A stretch of 64,000 nucleotides of DNA from Ginglymostoma cirratum (lineage: Eukaryota): contig JAHRHZ010000062.1 of NCBI GenBank assembly GCA_024137785.1, positions 37,109,434 through 37,173,433 of the forward strand, written 5' to 3'. Of this stretch, positions 52,412 to 64,000 are shown one piece after another. Within the stretch, counting starts at the first letter, position 1. Each line of letters opens with the position of its first letter. The notes under the pieces were generated by a model. That model saw only the letters and a program-made list of their open reading frames with translations. It made no database searches and had not been told where the DNA came from. A program made the position numbers and the translations under genes.

Positions 52412-54593
52412 TCATACAAAATAAGCTACAACCTCTGTTGCCACATGAATTTAGTACAGTCTACTGAAATCCCCAGCTTCCTGTACTATTTCACCTATAT
52501 TGTCCTTTATCCAGGCATCGACTTGTTCTTTTTAAAACGTACCTTTCAGAAAGTGGGATGCTATACTTTTATTATCAAATAACTGAGTTTTATCTATCTG
52601 ACATTAGTTCAGGAAAATGGCAGCTTGCAATCTTCTTCACAACCCCAATAACGTTATACCATTAACTACACCACAAATGGTGAAATCATACCTTTTTAAT
52701 CAACATGATTTAGTGTCAGTCAACTTCTCTGGGACTAAAAATTGACTCAAGTGTGAAATCCTATTTTTGCAGAATATAATTGTAAATTGCAATTTTAGTT
52801 TTCATTTCAGTTTTCCTTTGTGTCTCTCTCATCAATCTTAACGCAATATTTCCTTCCTTTTCTTTCTTTTTCTGTGTCTGATTGAAATTTAAACTATCCA
52901 GTATACATTACACTTCTTCCTTTATCATCATTATTTTGTGTATTTCTCAATCCTTTAACCACACAGATCAGGAAGATATACAACTAACTGTCCTGTTCGC
53001 TCATGTCTCAGTTGCCTCGTTTTGTTCACTGTGCTATCATCAGCAATCATATACAGCAATGCACGACATGAAAAATGTAAAAACCTAAATGAATAACACA
53101 CTTAAACAACTACAATCACTGTCAGAAGTCCTACAACAGCAAGGCCTCAGACATTATCAATGTAGCATTTTTGGAAGTTAGAAAAGCGTCTTAAGGTTTC
53201 AGTTCCAGATCTGTGCTACAGTGGCTTAGATCCTTAAACCCACCAACAGACGTCTTCAAAATCCATTCCCTTTCCTTTGATTTGAGAAACAGCAACTCAG
53301 ATTCTGGCACTAAAATGAAACACAAAGAACTTTATTATGTATGTATTAAGTGCTCAGACGCAGTGTCATATGACTGACTACATTTCTGAATATGTCAGTA
53401 AAAGCTAGCATAGTCCAAAGGTCGAAGCCATTTTGCCTTTTTGTTTTTTAGAACGTTTGCATTGCAAATTTCTTTTCTTCCAAAATATTGCCAGTTCAAT
53501 GGAATGAGCAGCTTCAGTCCCAAGCTTTCAGTTATTTACTAGGCTTCTAATTCAGACCTGCACATAAATTCTTTTTATGTTACACTAATCACAGGAATGG
53601 AGAGGAGACTTTGGAAGGCTGTTCTCTGCATCTCCCACTTTTACCTGGAGTGCCTGCTACAGGATCAGAGGGATGGTAGTTTGGTGAGCTCTTCCAAAGG
53701 TCTGGAGAAAGAGAAAAACTCCATCTAAACAGGCATAGATAGTAGTGACCCAGGAAGTCTTCAGTAGAATTGTGGTCCATCCTTTCTGGGGGAACAGTGC
53801 ATAAAGAGGATCCAAGATTACAGTAGACCAGGAGAGGTGGCATAACAGAGAAACTAGGAGCAGGAGAAGACCATTCAGCCCTTTGATCCTGTTCCACCAT
53901 TCAATACGATCATGGCTGATCATCACCTCTGGGCATCAGGGGCATCCTTCCTGAGTTTACTCTGTCTAGTCCTGTTGGAGTTTTATAGGTTTCTCCGCTC
54001 ATTCTTCTAAACTCCAGTGAATATAGTCCTAACTCGTCCAACCTCTCTTCATACATCAGTGAATTTAGAATTACCAAGCCCCACACCCTCACTTGTCTAG
54101 CTTTCTTCTGCACAGCAGTCTTCAGAACTATGCATCTCGTGGATCAACTCATTTATGTCTCCAGACACCTCACCTTTCCGTGAAAACACTGTGTGCACAC
54201 ACTGTCCAATTGGCCATTTGTGCTTATAATTCAAAGTCATCCCACAAACTGTTGTACTTTTCTCTGATCCACAGAAATCACTTCTAACACTCATAACCCT
54301 CTCCTTGCAGGGGTTGAGAGCACATAATTTCAGGAAGAAACAGAGAACTATTGTCAATAGCTATCAAAATGGCCACTTTCAATATGCAACCACCTGGTTC
54401 ACTGTTGGTGTTGACGTTCTTCTTGTTCTTCATCAGGGGAGGGTAGCACTGCATAAGCATACTGTTGTGAAAGCTGGCAACAGGGAAATCCAGCTAAACA
54501 AGGCTGAAGTGACTTTCAAGTGTATTGCAATCACCCATCACCAAATGAAAGCACACGCTGAGAAGAACTGTGAGCATCAGCCTGTCAGCTCAT
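52412..54593 (-). pseudogene. Probable decayed FAM187-like Ig-domain gene (2 coding exons, with a CR1 insertion)
   Basis: Signal-like MLTVLLSVCFHLVMG, followed in order by NQVVAY, SQPLQGE, NWTVC...GVWR and LIL..GTP|GT. Exon 2 reads DKTQLFDNKSIASHFLKG...WIKDN...LY*IHVATEVVAYF. Multiple stops and frameshifts. Similarity judged from recalled FAM187A/B sequences. Confidence 0.45.
53850..54058 (-). mobile_element. CR1 LINE 3' fragment
   Basis: LMYEERLDELGLYSLEFRRM (ORF 53910..54113) and a 3' tail. Confidence 0.85.
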
Positions 54594-57500
54594 CTTGCTG
54601 CAGCACTTCAGTTTCACTGATTAAAGCCTCCACAGCCTATCAGTTTTGCTGAATAATGTTCCCCACTTTGCAGGTGTCTCAGTGACTCTTTTGTACTGCT
54701 GACAGCTCAGGAATTAGCTCTCCTGTCCGTTTAAGACCAGAATCCTTACCTAAAGCAGAACTCCATTACTAGGTTAAATAGTCTAATATCTTAGTTAACA
54801 TCTACACAGGGCTTCACTTGACCTCAGATCCATCCAGGTGAAACTCATAGGTGAGTTGATGTTGGCATTTCAACCTAAGGTTATTTTTAGAGGATTTAAT
54901 TCCTCTCACAACTTAATCCTGCCTCCCCTTGTCTGACAAGGCCCCAACATTGTTCTATAAAAGTGGCAGCAGCTTGACTCGAAGCTATCAAAATTATAGC
55001 AATGATGTATTCTATCAGATATTTGACAATCAACAAGAAAGATAATCTAAAAATGCTTAGTCATATTTTACTGACATGTAGATTAAAATCTTTCACTATC
55101 TGAAAACTGCCAAGCTGTGATCCTAGCCCTGCCTCTATTATACTCTGAATAGGTACTTAACAAAAATAATGTGAAATAAAATACATTAAATATTCATGAT
55201 TCCCAGTAGTTTCATGGCTAATGCATAGACCGTTGGGATAATAATCTATATTGATCAAGTTATTTTTCTTCTCAATTTGTAATGGGAGTAACGAATCTTA
55301 ATCTCAACAGGGGTTGGTTCACGACTGCACATCTGGGCCAGCAAGAACAAACAAAAAGCTAGCTTTTCTTAAAAATTCTGATTGATAAGCATTGACTGAA
55401 AACGCTGCTGGCAAGTTATGTATGGACATCAGGTGAGAAGGGGATCTTGGCCAGATACCTGCCAGAAAATATTATCTAGTCTCATAAAGGAGCACTTGAA
55501 TAGGTGATCGAAGGATTAAAAAGGCCCACACAAACCGATTCTAAGAAGGAGTTAGTTCAGGAATGATGGGGAGATTATTGAAAAAGAATTTTATCAGCAC
55601 CAAAATACAAATTTGAGGATAGAAAGAAATCAAAGTAGGAGAGGAAAAAGTTCATCTTGTCATGTTAACCACACAATTAAGTATTTGAGTTGTTGTTCAG
55701 AACAACTCAAATGACCCATGACTAGGGGATTTGCTTAATCTATTGCATAACCTAGTCATCGTCAGCTACATGTGATCCACATGACTAACGAGGAGGAATG
55801 AGTTCATTCTTGCCACAACGTAGAGTCATTAGAATTTATTTTCTGAAAAAGGAGTTGGGAGAAGGTTTTATTTTAAAGATTATCTTTTAAAGCTCAGTGT
55901 ATTCATGCAAATGGACAATAGGCTACCGAGACAATGGGATAGATCATGAAATAATTGGAAAAGAGAATCTGGAGAGCTGCATGATGGCCTGCCCACTCAC
56001 TTTCATCTGTATTGCACTAATGCATAAAGGCAAATTCCACCTTGATAACGGGATAAGATGGTAATGAGTTGCATACGGCTAATGGGCAGAATCTAATCCC
56101 GTCCATGACAATGTGGTGTTCCGATCATTTGATTTTGACAGAGCCTGCCTCTCGGAAGGAAAACCTGGCAAAACTGGTGAATGAAACATACTAATCGGAC
56201 TTGTAGCTTTCCAAATGGAGGCCTAGTATGACTAGTAAGTTCATTTCCAAGTATTCTTGTTTTTTTTTGCTATGGGACATACGTCAGTCTCCTGGTGGTG
56301 GGAAAGCCTCCCACATTTGTCTGTGGTAGAAAAGGGTTGGGAGGGAAAGTCAGACACCAATTTGCTCATTATTAAGCCAGATGATACAATTTGTCTCTGA
56401 GCCCAGCTGGAATTAGTTCTGGCTCAGGCTTTAAGTAGGGATTGCACAGCTCTCCCATTCCACCTGGAGCCTGCTCAGTACACCCCATGAGGCTTGCTAG
56501 TGGTAGACTAGGGTGGGATCCCCTCATCATTAGGTACTCTGTGCCTAATTGAGGGATCTGGCATCAGGACAGTGTTGGTGAGAATGTCCACTGAAAATCA
56601 ACCCCCTGCCCTTGCCTCTGGCTATTCACTCTCACCATCTCTTGTGACCTCTCTCTGTGATCCTCATCTGTATTCATTCACCTAAGTGCAACTAGGACCA
56701 GCTAGGTCTGTATCTGATTGGATGTCAGCTCTCAGCGAGATAGATTTTCATTGCTGTGGTCCGAAATTACATTGAAGAATTAACAAGTTAGGGTGCATTT
56801 AATTACCCCTCGGAAGTGAAGTAGTTTTCCCATTGATTATTGGTCTAGTGAATCAGACACTTGAACTAATGCTCCTGAGATGTGTTCACAACAGCTGGAA
56901 AATTTAAATTCAATGAATTTTAAACATCTAGAACAAAAGAAAGTTAGTGACACAGGATTATAACAGAATCTTGTTTACTCGTGAACTTTAAGAAAGAAAT
57001 AAATTCTAATCTCTTAACTGCTTTATGAATTAAGGTAAAAAAGTCATGAAAATGATGAACAAAAATAAAACCATACAGACCACTGCATAGATCATGACAC
57101 GATGAGCCTGACCAACCCTCCAAAAGGATTGACTTGTACCAAAATTAGAGTGCTGTGCACAGTCAGCAAGCAACACCTTAACATAATTATCCTCTTCTTC
57201 CCCCTCTTCTGCTTCATCTTTGGCTCTCTGTCTGAAAGTAGGTCTGACCCACACTGGTATGATATCCACCATACGTAGAGCAAGGAGACGAGTCCCAAAT
57301 CCACCCCAGTCAGAGCGCAGATCAAACATCATGCTGTCAGCATGACACTGGCCATTCAGCCAGTTGAGCTGACTGGCTCCCTGAGTTGCTATGACAACAT
57401 GAGTTTTTACATGCACGTTGTAATTGTAGCCATGAACAGTGATGGGCGAGTTTCCAATTTCCTTTCCATCATGTGCCTGACTAGGAAAGTCTCCCAATCT

Positions 57501-57948
57501 TACTATCCGCCCCTGGTGTATGTTGGAAGGATTTACACATTGAAAGCTGGTTGCATAATGAACACACCATCCTTGATCATCAGGTCTTGACATGGAACTT
57601 GAACCCAGAACTTCAGGTTCACAGGTTGAAGGGCTGGGCACTGCACTCGAAGTGTGAGCATCTTAAATTTAGCAGTAAGCTTACGTACTATCCAATATTC
57701 AACTATATGACAACATTATGACTGGGGGAACGTGTGACACATTTATTAGTATGGTCAGAGCATGTCCAGTGCTAGATGTTTTGTGCTTATGGCATCAATG
57801 TTTCAGCCCAATCTCCTCCAACATCACTGCTGGGCATATCCCGTCCCATCACAGAACAAACACATCGGACGATCTCTCCACTTAAACTCAGAGGTTGTTC
57901 ATTGATGATTGCACAGCATTCAATAACAATTGTGATTCCTCAAATAAT

Positions 57949-58050
57949 AGTTCTGAGGAAGGGTCACTGGACCTGAAACATTAACACTGATTTTCTCTTC
58001 ACAGGCGCTGCCTGACCTGCTGAGCTTTTGCAGCAACTTCTGTTTTTGTT
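57949..58050 (+). mobile_element. PLE-terminal short element with a hammerhead motif (stem III ACGU changed to ACAU)
   Basis: AGTT CTGAGGA A GGGTC ACTG GACCT GAAACAT T AAC plus the shared tail. Confidence 0.8.
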
Positions 58051-58621
58051 GAAGGGATGTTAGCTTCACAGGCTAGGCCTGTATTTACTGCCTATTCTTA
58101 ATTGTCTTGGAAGCTTGGGGGTGGGGAGTTAGCTTCTCGAACTGCTGCAATCCTTGATGGTATGTTGCACAATAATCTTTTACTGTGAGTCTTTTATTTC
58201 CCAAACTTGATGAGTTTTTTTCTGGAAGTCCAGGTACAGTATATTCATGGGCTCTCCTTTACCTACAGCACCTGTCAATCCTTCGGAGAATTCTAACAAT
58301 CCCCCTGCTGCCTGGCCTGACATGATCCAACCAACCACCATCCCTCACTGGGCTAGACCTGAGCCGACCCAACTCCTCTGCTGCCAGAATGGCCTGGACT
58401 GGACACCCCACTATGACATCCTCCAATCCGCTGGACCCAACCCAATCCTACTCCTCTCCTTCTCCCACCACTGGACGTGCTTTGACTGTATTAGTAAATA
58501 TCTCACAAGCTCCCCCAAACATAAAGTTAAGTTGTCACATGGTTAAACACAGGATACTATACAAGCTTACTGGTAAATTTAAAATGCTCAAACCATTAAT
58601 GGGAGTAAGGAATACTGCAGA

Positions 58622-59003
58622 GGGGAGCCGATGGCCTAGTGGCATTATCACTGAACTGTTAATCCAGAGACCCAGATACATTCTGGGGACCCGGGTTTGA
58701 ATCCTGCCACGGCAGATTCCATCATCCCACCAATTCCAGATGGTGGAATTTAAATTCAATAAAATATCTGGAATTAAGAATCGAATGACGACCATGAATC
58801 CCTTGACTGATTGTTGGGGAAAAACCCATCTGGTTCACTAATATCCTTTAGGGAAGGAAACTGCCACCCTTACCTGGTCTGGCCTACATGTGACTCCAGA
58901 CCCACAGCAATGTGGTTTATTCTGAATCTCCCTCTCGCCAGTTAGGGATGGGCAATAAATGCTGCCTTGCCAGTGACACCCTCATCCTGTTAACAAATAA
59001 AAA
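58622..59003 (+). mobile_element. tRNA-derived SINE, second family, with tail AGGGATGGGCAATAAATGCTG
   Basis: Head TGGCCTAGTGG...GGTTTGAATCC. The same tail occurs at about 8640, at about 20410 and on the minus strand at about 26700-26750. Confidence 0.8.
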
Positions 59004-59642
59004 TATGAGAGAATAGTTAAGACCAGACCCTAATTGTAACAGGTTGTTCTTATCTTCATGGTTAGCCCACAGCTAGAGGATGAATTTACCTTCACACAAA
59101 ATTGCAGAGGGAAGACAAGGCTTATGACATCAATTTCTATTTCCTTTTGTCTATCCTCCCACATTATCAGCTTAGAACCTTAGAAGACATCATTTCAAAC
59201 AAAACCTTTACCCCATAATTCAGAAAGAATTCAAAATCCTTTTAGAAATAGCCTCAGTACTTTATCTTTTAATGATCCTTAACAATATATTTCTTCAAGA
59301 TGTGAAAACACATGATAAAGTAGCAGATTTGTGACACAATGGGCGAAAAAGTGTAAAGTTCGAGAGTCTAACTGCTGCTGGGGTCCCTCCCATTATTTTA
59401 AATTTGCTGCCACATTATGGCTTACCTAAAAGGCGCTATTCTCTCTCCCCAAATCTACCAAAGGTTTTGAACTGAATTAAGCAGAATGTATGTGTATTTA
59501 ACAGTGACATGACCTAACTGTGATACAAAAAGAAAGGAGAGAGACAAAAAGAGCAGGGAACTGCAGATCAATTTGCCTGACATTAGTTGTTTAAAGGTGC
59601 TAGAATTTATTATTAAAGAAATATTAATAATAAACTTAGGTA

Positions 59643-59964
59643 GGGCAGCACGGTGGCTCAGCGGTTAGCATTGCTACCTCACGGCACTAGGGACCCGGGT
59701 TCGATTCCACCCTCGGGTGACTGTTGATGTGGAGTTTGCACATTTTCCCTGTGTCTGCGTGAGTTTCCTCCGGGTGCTCTGGTTTCCTCCCACAGTCCAA
59801 AGAAGTGCGGGTTAGGTGGATTGGCCATGCTAAATTGCCCGTAGTGTTAAGGGATTTGTCGATTTGGTGGGTTATAGGGGGATGGGTCTGGGTGGGATGG
59901 TTTGACGGTCAGTGTGGACTTGTTGGGCTGAAGGGCCTGTTTCCACACTGTAGGGATTCTATGA
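59643..59964 (+). mobile_element. HE1-type V-SINE, full length
   Basis: GGGCAGCACGGTGGCTCAGCGGTTAGC, GGTTCGATTCC, V core and tail GTAGGGATTCTATGA. Confidence 0.93.
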
Positions 59965-60459
59965 AATCATCGAATGAACAGTCAACATGGTTTTACAAAA
60001 CAGAAGTAGTGTTTGACAAATTTATTATAGCTTTTTTTCGGATGTAATAATAGGGTAGGTTAAGGGGGTCACAACCATATAAAAAGGCTATTTTTCCATG
60101 AGCGAAGAATTTGTGTATAGGTAAAGCCTCCTTTCAATTTATGTGGATTCAATTTTAAAATAGCCAGCAGCAAAGCTTTAGTATTAAAGTTTAGTTTATA
60201 CCAAAACACTGCCGTAAGTTACTCAAGCAAGAATAATATAGTAACTACCTAAATGCACACAAGGATTAAATGCAAATAAGCATAGGATATTTCAAAAGAT
60301 GAAATTCAGCTCAATCCTTTAAGATATTATTGCTCATTGCAAAAGTTGGATGGAGAAGTCTACAGCGATGACTCTCCTGCTCCTCTGATGTTGCCTGACT
60401 TGTCGTGTTCCTCTAGCTCCACACTGCATTGATCAGGAAAGGCTATACTTATTCGAAAA

Positions 60460-60850
60460 GGATGAGCAGGCTTCATTTCAATTCTTGTGAAATGAGAAAC
60501 TCAGGGATGACCTAATGGAGGTATTTAAAGTTACAAAAGGTTTTGACAGAGCGATAACAAAGAGAATATTGTAGGGAACAGCCAAATTAATATGAGATAG
60601 TCACCCAGAAATCAAATAGTGAGTTTAGAAGAACCTTCTTACCCAAAGAGTGATGAAAATGTGGAATTTGCTGTCTTTGAGATGAGGTGAGGTGAATGTT
60701 CAAATCCATTTAAAGGGAAACTAAGTAAAGATATGAAGGAGAAGGAGATGGGCAGTTTTGCTATTCAGGTTAGATAAGGAAAGTAGGATCAATTGGAGCA
60801 TAGCACTGGCAAGGACTGTCTGGGCCAAGTGATCTGTTTCCGTGCTGTAG
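60460..60850 (+). mobile_element. CR1 LINE 3' fragment, degenerate
   Basis: LRDDLMEVFKVTKGFDR and QRVMKMWNLL remnants. Confidence 0.7.
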
Positions 60851-63114
60851 TGGTGTTTTACGGATCAGTGGGTGTCTGACTATATCTGGCAACATGTATT
60901 TTTACAAGCATATTGTACTCTGGTGATAAGATGGGGTCCAATTTTCTTTCTATCACATGGCTGACTAGGAATCTCTCCCATCTTATGGTTTGTCATTGAA
61001 TGATTTGCAGGCTGGTACTGTTAATACCAGTCTCCTGGCAAGATTCCTCAATTTGTTACTGTTCAAGACAGGACACCCCAAAACATCCAGCTCCCTCAGG
61101 TGAGTACAAATGAACTGGCTGCCCTTTTTTTTCAAAATCATCTGTCCTCTTGATTGATCACTAGGTTTAATTTAAAAGGACCCTTTTGGATACCATTCTC
61201 ACACACCAAATGAGCTGAAGTTTTAGAAGGAGGCAATGTAACCATGCTTTCTCAAGTTAAGAAAAAAGTGAGTTTATTGGTAATTGAAGTCAAGAAGAAA
61301 TAATATTACAACACACATGCACACAAGTTAGGAATAAGAAATGAGTCCAAAATACATAAAAGCTTTAAAAAAAGGATGTATGGATCAGTCTCTGAGTTTT
61401 TCATGAAGAGTAGACAGTAGAATATTACTGCTGTTTCAATGGATGGTACCAATAGCATTGATTCTAGTAATTGCACAATCAATTTTGACATTCTTGACCC
61501 TGCAGACTGATTGAAGTCCTTTCTCCTAGTTCCTTTTGATGGTGGCTGGATGGCAGCAATCAGAGTGAGAAAGTACCTGTTACCTTTCTTTACCTGTGGT
61601 GCAGGAGTGTTTGCTACAGTTCTAAAACTGTGACCTTCATGATACACTAGTCTAGTACCTCAGGCCAAAAACACTCCCACCTGCTCTTTTATATATGTCC
61701 CTGGAAGGGTAAACCAGAAACATGGCTGTAGGAGATTGTTCCCTGCCAAAAAGTGGATAGACAGCCTCTCACCATCTTTTCCTTTTTAGACTTTCTGATT
61801 GAAGACTCAATGCACATGTGATATTCCATGGATCGAGACCATCTGTGAGTTTAAATTTGCAAATAAATTTTTTTTGCTGTAGCAGTCCTCATTTTAAAAG
61901 AAAAAGACACTTTGGAATTAAAAGTTCAAAATGTCCATAAGTATTTTGGGGTTCTGATCCATTGTCATGACACTGCTGATATAGTCAAAGCCAGAATATT
62001 ACCTCCTGTGCCATAAGATCTCCTTTCTTAGGTGTGACGTCTTGTAATTCTATGTAACAAACAGGCAGCTCAATACCAGCTTACAAGTTCCAAAGATTCT
62101 GTTCCAAATATTTGGACATGAAGAGAAGCCGAGAAACAAGTGGCTTAGACTCTGCACTTTCCCACAGTAAGTTGAAGAGTATCAAGGATAGTGCTGGCTG
62201 CTTCAAGGTCCTTCATTATATTATCAGGTCAAAGTAACTCATACGATGGCATTGTAATGGCTACCATGGAGAAGCAGCAAAAAAATCATCAAGCATTCAA
62301 GGAGTTGAAATCAAAAAAATTCTTGTGAACAATTGCAAAACATCACATATATTCAACTGGGTTATTTCTTGTAAGTAAATGGAGGATGGGTTCTAAAAGA
62401 TGAAAGGTCAATTTAACAGAGATAACACTTTAGTTTCACAACTTAATTCTGCTAAATCTCTTAATGGAACTGAACACTAGATTTACTCAGCACTGTTTGA
62501 AATTGGAAGCATGACATAATCAAGCTTCAAACCAAATTATAATAATCTGCTCAAAATATGTCACAGTCAACAATGCTGCTATTCTATTGGATCTTGAAAT
62601 ATTTTCAAGTCAGACTCAGTAGGCTTGCACTTCAAATAATAACTGTGATGTTGTGTTTATTTCACAGACAGAACCCTTTATCTTCACAATGCTTGGAACA
62701 GATTGTTCCATTGTCTAAGATGAAAATGCCTTATTTTTGTGTAATGATCATTTAACCTTCAACCTCCAAACTAATTACTTAGATTAGCTGTAAGTAAAGG
62801 CCCACAGGCCACTTTAAAGCAATCCTGAGGGCCATCATTATTAGTTAGAAAAGCATTGAAGTAAATCTGCCCTAATTTACTCGGAAATAAGGTTTAAAGC
62901 ATAGATGTAAATATTCTAGCTTTGACTATCATACTGAAACATACACGTCAGTAGCTCAACCACGTATTAAAGCTTACTGAAGACAAAGACAAACACCCAA
63001 GGCTTCTCCCAGTGGCCTTCTGCATGGTGTTCGCAAAAATTTTGCTCCTGTCGCCCTCATCCATTGCCATGAAAAAATCCATAGACTCCCTGTACATAAT
63101 GAATGTTTTCGTGT

Positions 63115-64000
63115 AGACCATAAGACATAGGAGCAGAAATTAGGTCATTCAGCCCATTGAGTCTGCTCCGCCATTCAATCATGGCTGATAAGTTCCTCAA
63201 CCCCATTCTCCTGCTTTCTCTCCATAACCCTTGATCCCCTTGATAATCAAGAACCTATCTATCTCAGTCTTAAATGTACACAATGACCTGGCCTCCACAG
63301 CCTTCTGTGACAGTGAATTCCATAGATTCACCACTTTCTGGCTGAAGAAGTTTCTCCTTATCTGCATTATAAAAGGTCTTCCCTTTACTCTAAGGCTGTG
63401 CCCTTGGGTCCCAGACTCTCCTACCAATGGAAGCATCTTCCCAACATCCACTTTGTCCAGGCCATTCAGTATTCTGAAAGTTTCAATTAGATCCCTCCTC
63501 ATCCTTCTAAACTCCAATGAGTATAATCCCAGAGTCCTCAAACTTTCCTCATATGCTAAGCTTTTCATTCCTGGGACCATTCTCGTGAACCACCTTTGAA
63601 CCTGCTCCAGGGCCAGTACATCCTTCCTGAGATATGGGGCTCAAAACTGCGCACAATACTCCAAATGTGGCCTGACCAGAGCCTTAGAAAGCCTCAGGAG
63701 TACATCCCTGCTTTTATATTCAAGTCCTCTCAAAATTAATGCCAACATTGCCTTTGCCTTCCTGACTACTGACTCAACCTGCAAGTTTACCTTGAGAGAA
63801 TCCTGGACTAGAACTCCCAAGTCTCTTTGCACTTCAGACTTCTGAATTTTCTCCCCTTTTATAAAATAGTCCATGCTTTTATTCTTCTTACCAAAGTGCA
63901 TGATCTCACACTTCCCCGCAGTGTATTCCATCTGCCACTTCTTTGCCCACTATCCTAACCTGTACAGATCCTTTTGCAGCCTCGCCACCTCCTCAATACT
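63115..64000 (-). mobile_element. Young CR1/HER1-type LINE 3' end (runs off the window)
   Basis: ORFs 63641..63931 and 63197..63580 share a frame and are separated by one TGA (QF*APYL, where W is expected). Tail CCTATGTCTTATGGTCT. Confidence 0.95.

Noticed and set aside
54744-54756. TTTAG|GTAAG recursive-splice-like site on the minus strand
   Set aside because: There is no evidence that it lies in a long transcribed intron, and a single motif occurrence is uninformative.
57030-57641. 203-aa minus-strand ORF
   Set aside because: It spans adjacent tRNA-SINE sequences, starts at a non-ATG codon and has no recognisable domain.

Overview
Vertebrate genomic DNA, not prokaryotic. It is very probably from a shark or other elasmobranch, inferred from HE1-type V-SINEs, their CR1/HER1-type partner LINEs and DeuSINE-like copies. 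The one intact gene is a 9-exon cathepsin D (ctsd) on the minus strand (CDS 43113 to 13370, 1197 nt, 398 aa). All its introns are GT-AG, both catalytic DTG motifs are present, and there is a poly(A) signal at 12561-12566. The rest is mostly repeats: CR1, L2 and RTE LINE fragments, several tRNA-derived SINE families, Gypsy gag/integrase fossils, a probable solo LTR, a Harbinger transposase fossil and Penelope-like elements (PLEs). Four things stand out. (1) A dispersed family of short PLE-derived elements carries minimal type I hammerhead ribozyme motifs, including a 126-bp insertion with a 15-bp TSD and an intact motif in sense orientation in ctsd intron 4. (2) A three-level nest (Gypsy, then an older PLE, then a young PLE) has 560-bp inverted arms and a 14-bp TSD. 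(3) A probable decayed FAM187-like Ig-domain gene lies upstream of ctsd. (4) A possible decayed Ig-superfamily gene lies downstream. Repeat boundaries are approximate and family names come from recalled motifs, not database searches. There are two N gaps (46528-46927, 47618-47717).
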